This document shows positions 1-10,224 of a stretch of DNA of 64,000 nt, piece by piece; position 1 is the first letter of the stretch, and each line of letters begins with the position of its first letter. The notes under the pieces were generated by a model that had not been told where the DNA came from, did not search any database, and saw only the letters and a list, made by a program, of their open reading frames with translations. Source of the stretch: Gemmatimonadota bacterium (GTDB lineage: Bacteria; Gemmatimonadota; Gemmatimonadetes; Gemmatimonadales; Gemmatimonadaceae); assembly GCA_040389905.1 (NCBI GenBank), contig JAZJZK010000041.1, positions 18,798 through 82,797 on the forward strand, read 5' to 3'. The position numbers and the translations under genes are program-made.

Positions 1-797
1 AGCCAATGCTGCGGCTGGCAATCGTCCTCGTTGTCGCTGTGCTGAAAGTACTCTCGCCGGTCGTCGGGCCGGTGGGCGCCTTCTGGTCGCTCAGCCCGAT
101 GCCATGGCTGTACGAACCGTGGTTCTTCGAGTTGCTCCTCATTGCGCTTCCGGGAACAATCGCGGGCGACTTGCTGGTCGAGTGGACGCGGTACGCGGCT
201 GGTGACCGGCCGGCGTCGAGAGACGAGGAGCATCTCGGACATCTGCGTGGTGTGGCGGCGATCGGGTTTGGCATGCCCGTGGTGCTTGTCGTGGGACTCT
301 ATCAGCGCCAGCTGATCGGAACGACTGCCGCAGTGCTCGCCAGTGTCCTCGCCGGCGCCTACCTGCTTCGGCGTGGCACCTCCGATCGTGATCGGCTGCT
401 CGCACGCATTGGCGCGTGGGCGGGGGCGTTGCTCATCGCCGGCATTCTCCTCGAGCCCCTCGAAGGTGGGATCAAGAAGGATCCGCAAACGATGAGCTTC
501 CTCTTGCTCTGCGGGGGACTATGGCTGGGAGTTCTGCTCGCCGCCACGATCCTGATCGACGTCGTCGGCGGCGCATGGAGGCGCATCTTCGAGCCGATCA
601 TTCTCGCGGGGCAGAACGCCATGTTGGCGTACGTGATCTTCACGCTGTTCCTGTTGCACATCGCCTACTATCTGGGCTTTGGCGACTTCCTCTCCGCAAC
701 ACCGCCGCAACAGGTGGTACGTGGCGTACTGGTTACCACGGTCGTGATGGCCCTACTCTGGACGGCGAGCAAGAAGCGAATCGTGTGGCGGAGCTGA
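1..797 (+). CDS. DUF5009-type polytopic membrane protein (HGSNAT-like acyltransferase family), 5' part probably outside the window
   Basis: Many hydrophobic segments; motifs 'LLLIALPGTIAGDLL', 'EGGIKKDPQTMSF' and 'GQNAMLAY' recalled as typical of the DUF5009 C-terminal half; stop at 795-797. Confidence 0.7.
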   Translation, partial: PMLRLAIVLVVAVLKVLSPVVGPVGAFWSLSPMPWLYEPWFFELLLIALPGTIAGDLLVEWTRYAAGDRPASRDEEHLGHLRGVAAIGFGMPVVLVVGLYQRQLIGTTAAVLASVLAGAYLLRRGTSDRDRLLARIGAWAGALLIAGILLEPLEGGIKKDPQTMSFLLLCGGLWLGVLLAATILIDVVGGAWRRIFEPIILAGQNAMLAYVIFTLFLLHIAYYLGFGDFLSATPPQQVVRGVLVTTVVMALLWTASKKRIVWRS

Positions 798-848
798 GCG
801 AGCAACGCATGCTCTGTTAGTTCGCCCGCGGTCCGTCGGTGTGGTTAC

Positions 849-3149
849 CTACTCGACAATGAGCGTCACTTGCCGACCGCCGATGAAAAGCGTGAACTCT
901 CCGGGCTCCACGCCGAAACGATTGTCGCGGCCGATGAATCCGAGGCGCTGAACAGGAAATGTGAAGGTCACGACGCGACGCTCGCTCGGAGCAAGGGAGA
1001 TCTTCTCGAATGCCCGCAACTTTCGCATTGGGGGACTCACTGACGCGTAGAGTTGGCGCGAGTACAGTTGAACGACCTCCATGCCGGCGCGCGCGCCCGT
1101 GTTCGTGACGGCGACAGACACGGTGACTGTGTCGCGCACCCCGACTGTCGACTTGGCGAGTCGGAGGGTGTCGTACGAAAAGTGGGTATACGAAAGACCG
1201 TGGCCAAAATCCCACTCGGGGTTATATCCGCCCTCCGGCTTGTCCGAGCCGATGTCCGCACTTGCCGTGCGATCGTAATGCTCGATCGCGCCAGAAGCGC
1301 GCGGATACGTGAACGGCAGCCTCCCGCTCGGGTTCACCTGTCCTGCGATGACGCGCGCGAGCGCCTCTCCAGCATAAGGCCCCGTCTGATACGCCAGCAC
1401 GATCGCCCTCGCGCTATCCACGACATCACGCAGGATCCTCGGCCGTGCCTCGAAGATGGTGATGATGACCGGCTTTCCCGTCGCCTCCATCGCACGCGCG
1501 AGACGGAGCTGCGCGGTGGGGAAGGTGAGGTCATCGATGTCGCCGGGCTTTTCGGCCGATGCCGGCTCCGCGAGCGCGACGATGATAACGTCCGCTCCTC
1601 GCGCGGCTCGCACGGCCGCATCGATATCCTCGTCGCCGCGAAGCGTCGCGCCTGCCGCGTATGTGACCTGCTGCGCGCCGAACTGCTCCAGCAACGAGGT
1701 GAGAAAACTGCGAACCGTCTTGGGGTACATCGCGCTATCGGTACCTTGCCAGGTGTACGTCCAACCGCCGTGCATTGCGGATATGGAAGTCGCGCCGGGC
1801 CCCGCCACGAGAATGCGCGTCGATTTTGCGAGTGGAAGAAGTCCTCGCTCATTCTTGACGAGCGTGATCGCCTCGTCGGCGGCTCGTTGACTGACCGCGC
1901 GAAAGGCGGCGGCATTGGCGTTGGAAAGCTGCGCGGTATCGGCACCGGCGTGCTCGAAAAGACCGAGGTCGAACTTCATGGCGAGAATGCGGCGGACCGA
2001 TTCGTCGATGCGCGTCTCGCTGACCTCCCCAGCGTGCACCATGGCGACGAGATCGTCGGCGAACGAGGTCGAGTACGGCACCATGCTCATATCGATGCCC
2101 GCATCGATCGCCATCCGCACCGCCTCTCGTCGCGTGCGCGCGACTCGGCTGACCGTCTGGAGGCGAATGATGTCTTCCCAATCGGATACGACCACGCCGC
2201 GAAACCCCAGTTCGGTGCGGAGCACGTCCGTGAGCATCGTGCGATCCGAATGCACCGGAACGCCGTTGATATCGCTTGAATTCACCATGATCGCGCGCAC
2301 ACCCGCATCGACAGCCGCGCGAAATGGCGGCAGGAACAGCTCCCTCAGTTGCTGCGCGGGAATCCATGCCGTCGTGCGATCCTTCCCACTCAGCGGCATC
2401 CCGTATCCGAGGAAGTGCTTGGCCGTCGTCGCCACGTAGAGCGCGCTCGATTGCTGGGGTGCCGCGTTGCCGAGCAGTGGCACCGGCTTCCCAGCGAGAA
2501 GGGCCGCAATCGTCGCCGAGGGATTCGCCTGTTCCGACTCGATCGAGGCCCGCCCCATCACCGACACGAGATAGGGATCCTCGCCGAATGTCTCATAGAA
2601 GCGCGACCACAGTGGTTGGCGTGCGACGTCCAACACCGGCGCGAAGTTCCAGGCGATTCCGCTGGCGCGGACCTCGTACGCCGTGATTTCGCTTGCCCGA
2701 CGAACGAGGGCAGGGTTCCAGGTCGCGGCCATCGCGATGTTCTGCGGAAAGATTGTTCCGCCGAGCATGTACTGATGCCCGTGCACAGCATCGATGCCGT
2801 ACAGCACGGGAATGGGAATCCGTCGCCGTTCGGCGATGCGCTGGATCAGTGACGTGGCCTCGTTCCACTGTCGGGGCGTGAGCGCAACACCCGGCACGTT
2901 GAGCAGCGAGCCGACGCTGCGCCGGATGATCAGCTCCTCGAGCTTCGCGGAGTCCAACTGCATGGGGCGCGTTGCGGTGCCCGACACTTTTGTCGCAACC
3001 GAAATGTCGACCTGCGTCATTTCTCCGACCTTTTCCTCGAGCGTCATACGCTTGAGCAGCGCGTCGACACGTGCGTCGGTCGATTGCGCTGCGAGCGCAG
3101 TCGGAACGGACGTTGCCATGACGAAAAACAGCGTGCCGGTTCGTGCCAT
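849..3149 (-). CDS. Periplasmic GH3 beta-glucosidase (BglX-like) with C-terminal Fn3-like domain
   Basis: Signal peptide (...ALAAQ); motifs MTLEEKVGEM, YGIDAVHG, WNFAPVLD, KHF, GVVVSDW, NPSGRLPFTY, FGHGLSYT. ATG at 3149 chosen; the ORF track starts at 3188. Confidence 0.92.
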   Translation of the reverse strand: MARTGTLFFVMATSVPTALAAQSTDARVDALLKRMTLEEKVGEMTQVDISVATKVSGTATRPMQLDSAKLEELIIRRSVGSLLNVPGVALTPRQWNEATSLIQRIAERRRIPIPVLYGIDAVHGHQYMLGGTIFPQNIAMAATWNPALVRRASEITAYEVRASGIAWNFAPVLDVARQPLWSRFYETFGEDPYLVSVMGRASIESEQANPSATIAALLAGKPVPLLGNAAPQQSSALYVATTAKHFLGYGMPLSGKDRTTAWIPAQQLRELFLPPFRAAVDAGVRAIMVNSSDINGVPVHSDRTMLTDVLRTELGFRGVVVSDWEDIIRLQTVSRVARTRREAVRMAIDAGIDMSMVPYSTSFADDLVAMVHAGEVSETRIDESVRRILAMKFDLGLFEHAGADTAQLSNANAAAFRAVSQRAADEAITLVKNERGLLPLAKSTRILVAGPGATSISAMHGGWTYTWQGTDSAMYPKTVRSFLTSLLEQFGAQQVTYAAGATLRGDEDIDAAVRAARGADVIIVALAEPASAEKPGDIDDLTFPTAQLRLARAMEATGKPVIITIFEARPRILRDVVDSARAIVLAYQTGPYAGEALARVIAGQVNPSGRLPFTYPRASGAIEHYDRTASADIGSDKPEGGYNPEWDFGHGLSYTHFSYDTLRLAKSTVGVRDTVTVSVAVTNTGARAGMEVVQLYSRQLYASVSPPMRKLRAFEKISLAPSERRVVTFTFPVQRLGFIGRDNRFGVEPGEFTLFIGGRQVTLIVE

Positions 3150-3257
3150 CACGCAACGTCTTGACGGTGGTACAGGGCTCGTTCGCATTTAGGGCAGGGC
3201 TGTAGAGCAAACCAACAATACGAAAGCAATCGCGTTCAATCGGTGGCTGTGCAAAGG

Positions 3258-5792
3258 CTACCGCGACACAACGTGCATCTCGCCACTCGCACTCGCCACG
3301 GATGCTTCGTCGGCAACGACCGCGAAGCGAATGCAGGTTTCCACGGGAAGCGACGTCGTGTCGAGATCTGCAATCCACACACCGATCGGCGTGCCTCGAA
3401 GCGACGTGCTCATCGGCTCTCCGCCATTCACCGACCAGCGAACGACGCCTGCGGACTCGGATTGGATGCGAAGACGATTGCCGAACGGCAGCAGGTGCGC
3501 CCGACTCTCGGGAGATATCAGCGTAAGGTTGCATGACACGCGTTGCCGCACGTACCGCTCGTAGGGTTGCTGCGGCATGTCGAAGACTCGGCCATCGTGC
3601 AGCGACCGAACGAGCTTCGCGTACTCTGCGTGCGCCCACACGAGCGGCATTGCGCCTCCCGTTGGTCGTCCGTTGCGCAACTCGTGCTGCGGACAATCTG
3701 CTCCATCCCACACTTGTTCCGGGAGCATGCCGCCATCGCTCGCTTGGGCGCGCATGACACCGAGGAGTTGCACCGCCACGTCGGGCCGGCCGGCCGCCAA
3801 CTCGTAGTGCGCGCGCTCGCCGGCGAGAAGCGGCCACGGGCGTCCGATGCCTGTTCCGTCGAATGGCGAACCATCTTCCTTCTCACCGTACCCGTCACCG
3901 TTGTATCGGTACCAGGCCGGTCCTGTCGAGGTGGATGTGCGTAGCACGAGGTCGATGACGCGAATCGTGTTCAAGATCCGAGGGTCGTTGGCATCGCGCA
4001 GGCCGAAGCGCACGAGCGCGAGCGCGTCGGGGCTGACGACGGAATCATACCGTGCGTGATCGGAGCCAGGCGGCCGGTTCTTGATGGGGATTGTGCCACC
4101 GCTCCCTGGGGTGGATTCGCTCACGTCGCCTGGGGCGATTCGAACGTAGTAGCCGTCGACTCCGACCTCGCGCGCGAGCGATGTACCGCGCACATACGTC
4201 CAGTCTTCGATGCGAGCGTTCCAGGCATCGGCGGTCTCGCGCAGGAGCGTCGCTAATTCCTCCTCACCGGCACGCGTCGCGAAATCCGACGCGGCCAGAA
4301 GCGCAGCAACTTCTATCGCGAGGGTGAAAACCGAAAAGCCACCGTTCTCTTCCCATCGGTCCTGTCCAGTGACGGGACCGTAACGCACGAGGAACTCCGA
4401 TGCGCGGCGAATCATCGGATAGGGATCGAGATCCTCCAGCTTCCCTTCGCGGCGCAACAGTTCCGCGAGGAGAATCGGGAACGCAACCTCATCCATCTGG
4501 ACACCGTTCCAGTACGGCGTGCCATCGAGCCACAGGTTCTGTGCCCAGCGCCCATCCGCTTCCTGCGTGCTCATCAGGTACCGCAACGTTCGCCGAGCCT
4601 GCACGCCATGACCGAGCGCGATGAGTGCTCCGGCGCTGTTCACCAGATCTCTTGGCCACACGAGATGATAGCCGCCCAACTCGTGATCGCTCTTGGTGTT
4701 TCCCCACGGAATGGACAGGCTCGCGATGATCGCTCCTGACGCGCGCTTGTCTTCGTGGATGGCGAGGATGGCCGCGCTCATGCGGTAGAGATCGAGCACA
4801 CTCTCGGGCAGGTCTACGGGAGTGCGCTTCCGCCGCTCTCGCTTGGGGCGGTCGCCCGTGGGAACATGCGCCCGCGTGCTTTCGTCGGCGTGTACCGCAA
4901 GGTCTCGCGCTGCGTCTTGCCGAGATTCTTCCGGCGTTCTGGCGTCGTCGGACACGGCGCGTGGCCCGATGGTGTGCTCGTGGAAGCGCGTCCATCCGCG
5001 GACGTACGATGCGCGAACGCGCTCGAACGACGACGCCATCGACATCCGCGCGCGCTGTGCCGCCTCGGCGGGTCCGAGTCCAAACGACAGGACGATCAGG
5101 AACTCCGCCACATTCGCATGCGCCAGCGAGGCGCGAGCGAGGTTCACCTCACCACACAGCGCGACGTTGCCGTCGCGGGCTTCGGCCGATGCGTCGGAGA
5201 GCTGGCCAGTGGACCGGATCTGGCGCCAACCGTCGTTCACGCCCACGTAACCGCAGTGCATGGCCGTCCAATCAGCGTCGCACGCGAGCGCAAGCGCGAC
5301 TTCCCGGCGCCGCGCAAAGAGCATGGGGACGCCTTTGTACGTCTCGGCCCATCCGTCGTTGCCGTAACCTTGATTGCAGATGTGCGGCGCCAACAGCGCA
5401 AAGACGCGATAGTCGCTGATCTGTCCGCGAAGCGCCCGGAAGCGAATGCGCTGGATAAGAACGTCTCGCTCAGGATCGGTGATGATGACCTTGTCGATCT
5501 CGTATCGTCCATGCACGCAACTGTTGAGCAGGTGATAGCCCGGAACTCCGGGGCCGATCAGCCGCACCACACTCGTCGTATCGCGCTTCTCCTCGGAGAA
5601 GAAACCGTCCGGCCCCGCGACGATCAGCCCGAGGTCGCGGGTATTCGCCTGATCGACGCCGGGATAATAGACCTCGTCCACGATGCCGTGCGAGACCGTG
5701 AACCAGACATGGCTGCGCCCATCGAGCGCCGTGCCGACGCCGCTCTTCGCACTCGATGTCCAGCGGGGCTCGACTCCCGGGCCCCGGTTCAT
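3258..5792 (-). CDS. GH15 glucan 1,4-alpha-glucosidase (glucoamylase/glucodextranase type)
   Basis: N-terminal glucodextranase-like 'PRWTSSAKSGVGTA...VWFTVSHGIVDEVYYP'; GH15 motifs ASLSIPWG, GGYHLVWPRD, QDRWEE, RYNGDGYGE, PLVWAHAEY. Confidence 0.9.
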   Translation of the reverse strand: MNRGPGVEPRWTSSAKSGVGTALDGRSHVWFTVSHGIVDEVYYPGVDQANTRDLGLIVAGPDGFFSEEKRDTTSVVRLIGPGVPGYHLLNSCVHGRYEIDKVIITDPERDVLIQRIRFRALRGQISDYRVFALLAPHICNQGYGNDGWAETYKGVPMLFARRREVALALACDADWTAMHCGYVGVNDGWRQIRSTGQLSDASAEARDGNVALCGEVNLARASLAHANVAEFLIVLSFGLGPAEAAQRARMSMASSFERVRASYVRGWTRFHEHTIGPRAVSDDARTPEESRQDAARDLAVHADESTRAHVPTGDRPKRERRKRTPVDLPESVLDLYRMSAAILAIHEDKRASGAIIASLSIPWGNTKSDHELGGYHLVWPRDLVNSAGALIALGHGVQARRTLRYLMSTQEADGRWAQNLWLDGTPYWNGVQMDEVAFPILLAELLRREGKLEDLDPYPMIRRASEFLVRYGPVTGQDRWEENGGFSVFTLAIEVAALLAASDFATRAGEEELATLLRETADAWNARIEDWTYVRGTSLAREVGVDGYYVRIAPGDVSESTPGSGGTIPIKNRPPGSDHARYDSVVSPDALALVRFGLRDANDPRILNTIRVIDLVLRTSTSTGPAWYRYNGDGYGEKEDGSPFDGTGIGRPWPLLAGERAHYELAAGRPDVAVQLLGVMRAQASDGGMLPEQVWDGADCPQHELRNGRPTGGAMPLVWAHAEYAKLVRSLHDGRVFDMPQQPYERYVRQRVSCNLTLISPESRAHLLPFGNRLRIQSESAGVVRWSVNGGEPMSTSLRGTPIGVWIADLDTTSLPVETCIRFAVVADEASVASASGEMHVVSR

Positions 5793-5800
5793 TGGGTCGG

Positions 5801-6541
5801 CTACTTTCCGCTCAGGTTCGTGAGCAGCAGAAACTCCACGCGAGCATAACCGGAACTCGGTGTGTTGTTGTTGCCCGCCCGGAGTCCGCCGGACGCACCG
5901 ACGCGGAAGTCCTGGCTCACCCGATACTCGATGGTCGGGCCAATCTCATAGCGGAACTGCGTCGGCGTCGTAAAACCTGCGATCGTCTCCGTTTTCTGCG
6001 AACCCTGCAAGACCAGCTCGCCGCCGAGATAGACCGGGTGGGCGGTCGGCGAGAGACGATGCGATGCACGGAACCTCGTCCAGTAGTATTCCGATTCGAA
6101 TCCGTAACTTCCGATCACCTGCGCGGAATTCTCGCCATTCCCCCAGTAATTACCCTGTGCGGAGACGAACACGCCGTTCCGTGCACCGAGCTCTGCGCCC
6201 GACACGAGTCCGTTGAATTCCGTGTTGACGAAGGTGTAACCGACCATCGCGCTGATCGATCCTTCCGGCATCGAATTCTGAAGACCAATGGACGGCGACA
6301 AGGCGTAAGCCTGCGCGTGTGAGTTGAGCCCGTTCCGGTAGCGGTAGGTCATCGCGACAAGGTTCGCGACCGGCCCGACGCCGAGCCGGCCAGTGCTCCA
6401 CGACGTGCCGAGCAGTGCGGAACCTTCGCCGAAGCCACCGACCTCGACCGAACCGAACGTGGCGAGTGATTGCGCTGATGCCGCCGAGGCCACTCCAAGA
6501 ATCACGGCTGCGAGTGGGATGATGCGAGTCAGGGTCTTCAT
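5801..6541 (-). CDS. Small outer-membrane beta-barrel protein, BcsS-like
   Basis: Signal peptide MKTLTRIIPLAAVILGVASAASAQ; alternating amphipathic strands; 'YYWTRFRASHRL...YLGGEL...YEIGP...FRVGASGG' resembles cellulose biosynthesis protein BcsS (by recollection). Confidence 0.6.
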   Translation of the reverse strand: MKTLTRIIPLAAVILGVASAASAQSLATFGSVEVGGFGEGSALLGTSWSTGRLGVGPVANLVAMTYRYRNGLNSHAQAYALSPSIGLQNSMPEGSISAMVGYTFVNTEFNGLVSGAELGARNGVFVSAQGNYWGNGENSAQVIGSYGFESEYYWTRFRASHRLSPTAHPVYLGGELVLQGSQKTETIAGFTTPTQFRYEIGPTIEYRVSQDFRVGASGGLRAGNNNTPSSGYARVEFLLLTNLSGK

Positions 6542-6703
6542 GGGTGAGTGCGTGGTCGAGTTAGCGCGATGCCAGCGTGACGACACGCGCCAATGCCAAA
6601 AGCGTACCTGATGACCGGTGAGCGCGCGGTGCGCCATTTGCCTTTCACTTTGGCGACTGTCTCAGCTCTCGTCGCACGCAAACAACCTCAGCCGAACTTC
6701 TCG

Positions 6704-8053
6704 ATGACTTTCCGGTTCGTTCCGTCGCGTGGACCCATTGTCGTCGCGCTCTTGCTCGCCGTGGTCGTGTCTGCCAGCTGCGGCGGTCAGAGCGCGGACG
6801 CGGGCGTACCAGCTCATACGCCATCGTCCGCTGTGGTTCGATCGACCAGTGGAACGCTGAACATTCCCGCTCCCGACGCATCTGACCCACCCAAGGCGAC
6901 TGTCGAGGAACAACGTGCCTTCATGATGAAGTCAGCGCGCGGCGCGTGGAATTATGTCACGCGCGAGGCTTCGCGCACCGGCTTTGTTGGCGCGACCAAG
7001 GAGTATCCCTACCTCACGGTATGGGACATGGCGAGCGGACTTGCGGCGGCGTACTCGGCTCGTGAACTCGGGTTCATCAACACCACGCAGTACAAGAGCA
7101 TCGTCAATCGCACGCTCGCCTCGATGGAGAAACTCACACTCTTCGACAAGGCTGCGTACAACAGGCTGTATTCCGCGAAGAACGGCGCCATGGTCGACTC
7201 CAAGGCCCAGCCCAGCAAGACCGGCATGGGTTGGTCGGCACTGGACCATGGTCGCATGCTCGTCTGGCTCAAGCTCATCGCCAACAGTGATCCCAGCTTC
7301 GCGCCGCGCGCCAACAGGATTGCCACGCGCGTCGATATGGGCCGCCTGGTGAAGAACGGATACATGCAGGGCGAGGAGATCCTGGATAAGTCCGAGCACC
7401 GCGCATATCAGGAAGGCCGCGTCGGATACGAACAGTATGCGGCCGAAGGCTTTGCGCTGTGGGGCGCGAAGGTAGACTCAGCGCTGGACTTCGCCATCAA
7501 CGGCAAGCCGGTCACCGTTCACGGTCAATCGATCATCACGGATGTGCGCGGCATGGACGTGATGACGAGCGAGCCATTCGTGATGATGGGTCTGGAACTG
7601 GGCTGGAAGAATGCCAACTGGCGCAATCTGTCCCTGTCGGTGCTCGCCGCGCAGGAAGCACGTTACAAGAAGGAGGGCATCGTCACGATGGTGAGTGAGG
7701 ATGCGATTCCGGTTCCCCCAGCCTACTTCTACTACTACCTCCTCTACCACGAGGGAAAGCCCTTCGTCGTCACCACGGTCGCTGGCGTCACGAGCGACAC
7801 GTTCCCCCGATGGGTGAGCGCGAAGGCCGCATTCGGCTACCACGCGCTGGCGCCGAGTGCGTACACGTGGCTCGCGTTGCAGACGGTGCAGCACGGCGGT
7901 TCAGCCCGAGGATGGACGGCAGGCGTCTACGAAGGCACGAAGACGTCGACATCGCAGTACAACCTGAATACCGCCGCGATCGTTCTCGAGTCTGCGGCGT
8001 ATATGAAGCGCGGCTGTCCGTTCATTCAAACCGTGTGTCAGAAGAAGAGGTAG
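6704..8053 (+). CDS. DUF3131 family protein, probable lipoprotein (putative glycoside hydrolase/transglycosylase)
   Basis: Motifs TVWDMAS, GWSALDHGR, YQEGRVGYEQYAA, SEPFVMMGLE, VSED, VSAKAAFG, NLNTAAIVLES; hydrophobic stretch ending in lipobox-like VSASC. Confidence 0.75.
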   Translation: MTFRFVPSRGPIVVALLLAVVVSASCGGQSADAGVPAHTPSSAVVRSTSGTLNIPAPDASDPPKATVEEQRAFMMKSARGAWNYVTREASRTGFVGATKEYPYLTVWDMASGLAAAYSARELGFINTTQYKSIVNRTLASMEKLTLFDKAAYNRLYSAKNGAMVDSKAQPSKTGMGWSALDHGRMLVWLKLIANSDPSFAPRANRIATRVDMGRLVKNGYMQGEEILDKSEHRAYQEGRVGYEQYAAEGFALWGAKVDSALDFAINGKPVTVHGQSIITDVRGMDVMTSEPFVMMGLELGWKNANWRNLSLSVLAAQEARYKKEGIVTMVSEDAIPVPPAYFYYYLLYHEGKPFVVTTVAGVTSDTFPRWVSAKAAFGYHALAPSAYTWLALQTVQHGGSARGWTAGVYEGTKTSTSQYNLNTAAIVLESAAYMKRGCPFIQTVCQKKR

Positions 8054-8086
8054 TCGTCGAATCGCCAACCCTTACCGTACGTCACC

Positions 8087-8518
8087 ATGGAAGAGAGGAA
8101 TAGTCGTTCAGCCGACGTGCAGCATGGTCGCGACGAAACACAACCCGCGCACTCGCTGGCCGGAGTTGCCGTTCGCGAGGATGATGTCGAGCCGGCCAAG
8201 GCCATTCGCTTCATCGCCATTCTCTTTCGCGGAATGGCTGTGCTCATGATCCTGCTCACCGTCGTGCAGATCATCTCTGGCGTCACGGGAACGGTCGAAC
8301 TGTCGGTTGGGGTGCTCTTCGCTGAAGCCGTTCGCCTGCTGATCTTCGCGGGCCTGCTATGGGGCGCAGGCGACCTCGCTGTGCTCGCCATCAAGTCGCA
8401 CTACGATCTTCGCGCCACGCGGATCCTTGCGGCGCGGTCCGAGTACATGATGCGCCTCGCATGTGTGGCGAATGGAGTCATTCCGCCCCAGGACGGGCGA
8501 GGGGAGCGTGATACGTAG
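8087..8518 (+). CDS. Small membrane protein of unknown function (two TM helices)
   Basis: ATG start, two hydrophobic segments, host-like codon usage, short gaps to both neighbours. Confidence 0.65.
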   Translation: MEERNSRSADVQHGRDETQPAHSLAGVAVREDDVEPAKAIRFIAILFRGMAVLMILLTVVQIISGVTGTVELSVGVLFAEAVRLLIFAGLLWGAGDLAVLAIKSHYDLRATRILAARSEYMMRLACVANGVIPPQDGRGERDT

Positions 8519-8531
8519 GTCGGCCGGTCCG

Positions 8532-9479
8532 ATGATGCGTATGTCGTTGGTGCCGGATCTCGTGTTCGTCGTGCTGTTCCTGCAGTCTACGAATCCGTTG
8601 GCCGGCAAGCGTCTGTACGTGGACCCGGCGTCTGGCGCAAAGCGGCAAGCGGAAACGCTTCGTCGCTCGCGCCCGCAGGACGCAGCGCTGCTCGCCCGCA
8701 TTGCCGACCAGCCAGTGGCGAAATGGCTCGGGGGCTGGGTAGGCGACATTGGGCGCGAGGTCGACAACGCCGTCTCGACAATCTCTGGCAGCGGTGCCCT
8801 TCCCGTGTTCGTCGCGTACAACATTCCCGGGCGCGATTGCGGTCAATACTCCGCCGGCGGCGCCAACGGGAGTGATGCGTACCGCAAATGGATCCGCTCA
8901 TTTGCGAACGGACTACACGGCAGGCAAACGCTGGTGATTCTCGAGCCCGACGCGCTTCCCGGAATGGACTGTCTCAACGCCGCAGGGCAGGCGGAGCGAC
9001 TCGCGCTCATGCGTGACGCCGTTCAAGTCTTGAAGAGTCAACGTGCGACGGTGTACATCGACGCGGGGCATGCCAAGTGGAAGCCCGCATCGATCATGGC
9101 TGAGCGACTGAAGCAAGTGGATATTGCCTCGGCCGATGGCTTCTCGCTCAACGTGTCGAACTACATCGACAACACCGCCAACATCGCCTTTGGCGAAGCG
9201 CTTTCTAAACTGCTCGGCGGAAAGCACTTCATCATCGACACGAGTCGCAACGGCATCGGCACCACATCCGATTGGTGCAACCCTCGCGGGCAAGCGCTCG
9301 GCGTGACGCCGACGACCAACACCGGACATCCGCTCGTCGACGCATTCCTCTGGGTCAAGCAGCCCGGAGAGTCCGACGGAACCTGTAAGGGAGGGCCGGC
9401 CGCCGGCAGCTGGTGGACGGATATCGCGCTGGAACTGAGTCGCGCCGCGGCCTCGCTCGCCAAGACGATCGCGAGGTAG
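8532..9479 (+). CDS. GH6 endoglucanase/cellulase, catalytic domain only
   Basis: GH6 motifs VAYNIPGRDC, ILEPDAL, YIDAGH, GFSLNVSNY, IIDTSRNG, WCNP, DAFLWVKQPGESDG; start may be 8532, 8535 or 8541. Confidence 0.92.
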   Translation: MMRMSLVPDLVFVVLFLQSTNPLAGKRLYVDPASGAKRQAETLRRSRPQDAALLARIADQPVAKWLGGWVGDIGREVDNAVSTISGSGALPVFVAYNIPGRDCGQYSAGGANGSDAYRKWIRSFANGLHGRQTLVILEPDALPGMDCLNAAGQAERLALMRDAVQVLKSQRATVYIDAGHAKWKPASIMAERLKQVDIASADGFSLNVSNYIDNTANIAFGEALSKLLGGKHFIIDTSRNGIGTTSDWCNPRGQALGVTPTTNTGHPLVDAFLWVKQPGESDGTCKGGPAAGSWWTDIALELSRAAASLAKTIAR

Positions 9480-9481
9480 GT

Positions 9482-10036
9482 CTACAACCGCGGCAGCGTT
9501 ACGCCGGTTTGACTCTGGTACTTCCCCTTCTTGTCCTTGTACGACACTTCCGGCTCTTCCTCGCCCTTGAAGAAGAGCACCTGCGCGATGCCTTCATTCG
9601 CGTAGATCTTTGCCGGCAGCGGAGTCGTGTTGGAGATCTCGAGCGTGACAAAGCCTTCCCACTCGGGCTCGAACGGCGTCACGTTCGTGATGATGCCGCA
9701 CCGGGCATACGTCGATTTGCCGACGGTCACCGTGAGGATGTTGCGCGGAATTCTGAAGTACTCCACCGAGCGCGCCAGCGCGAAGCTGTTCGGCGGAACG
9801 ATGCAGACATCTCCCTCCCATTCCACGAAGCAACTCGACTGGAAGTCCTTGGGATCGACGATCGAATTGAGGACGTTGGTGAAGATCCGAAACTCGCGCG
9901 CGACGCGCATGTCGTAGCCGTACGAGCTTACTCCGTACGAAATGACCCCTTCTCGAACCTGGCGTCCTTCAAAGGGCTCGATCATCCCGTGCTCGGTGGC
10001 CATGCGGGTGATCCAGCGGTCTGACATGATGCTCAT
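9482..10036 (-). CDS. dcd: dCTP deaminase
   Basis: MSIMSDRWI..., [51 protein letters not shown]. Confidence 0.95.
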   Translation of the reverse strand: MSIMSDRWITRMATEHGMIEPFEGRQVREGVISYGVSSYGYDMRVAREFRIFTNVLNSIVDPKDFQSSCFVEWEGDVCIVPPNSFALARSVEYFRIPRNILTVTVGKSTYARCGIITNVTPFEPEWEGFVTLEISNTTPLPAKIYANEGIAQVLFFKGEEEPEVSYKDKKGKYQSQTGVTLPRL

Positions 10037-10224
10037 GCGAAGGACGGGTTTGAAGGTCTGGGCGCGGCGTCGAATTCGGCGCGAAAGGTATCGCGCATCA
10101 CCGTGGGTCGCCAAGACGCGTCGAAATGATACAAATGTTTCCGCTGGACCTCATCTTGCCTTTCGAGATCATGGTCGTTCGCCATCGAGGTGGGCGGTTC
10201 CCAACTCCCTCTCCCGTGGCTTCG

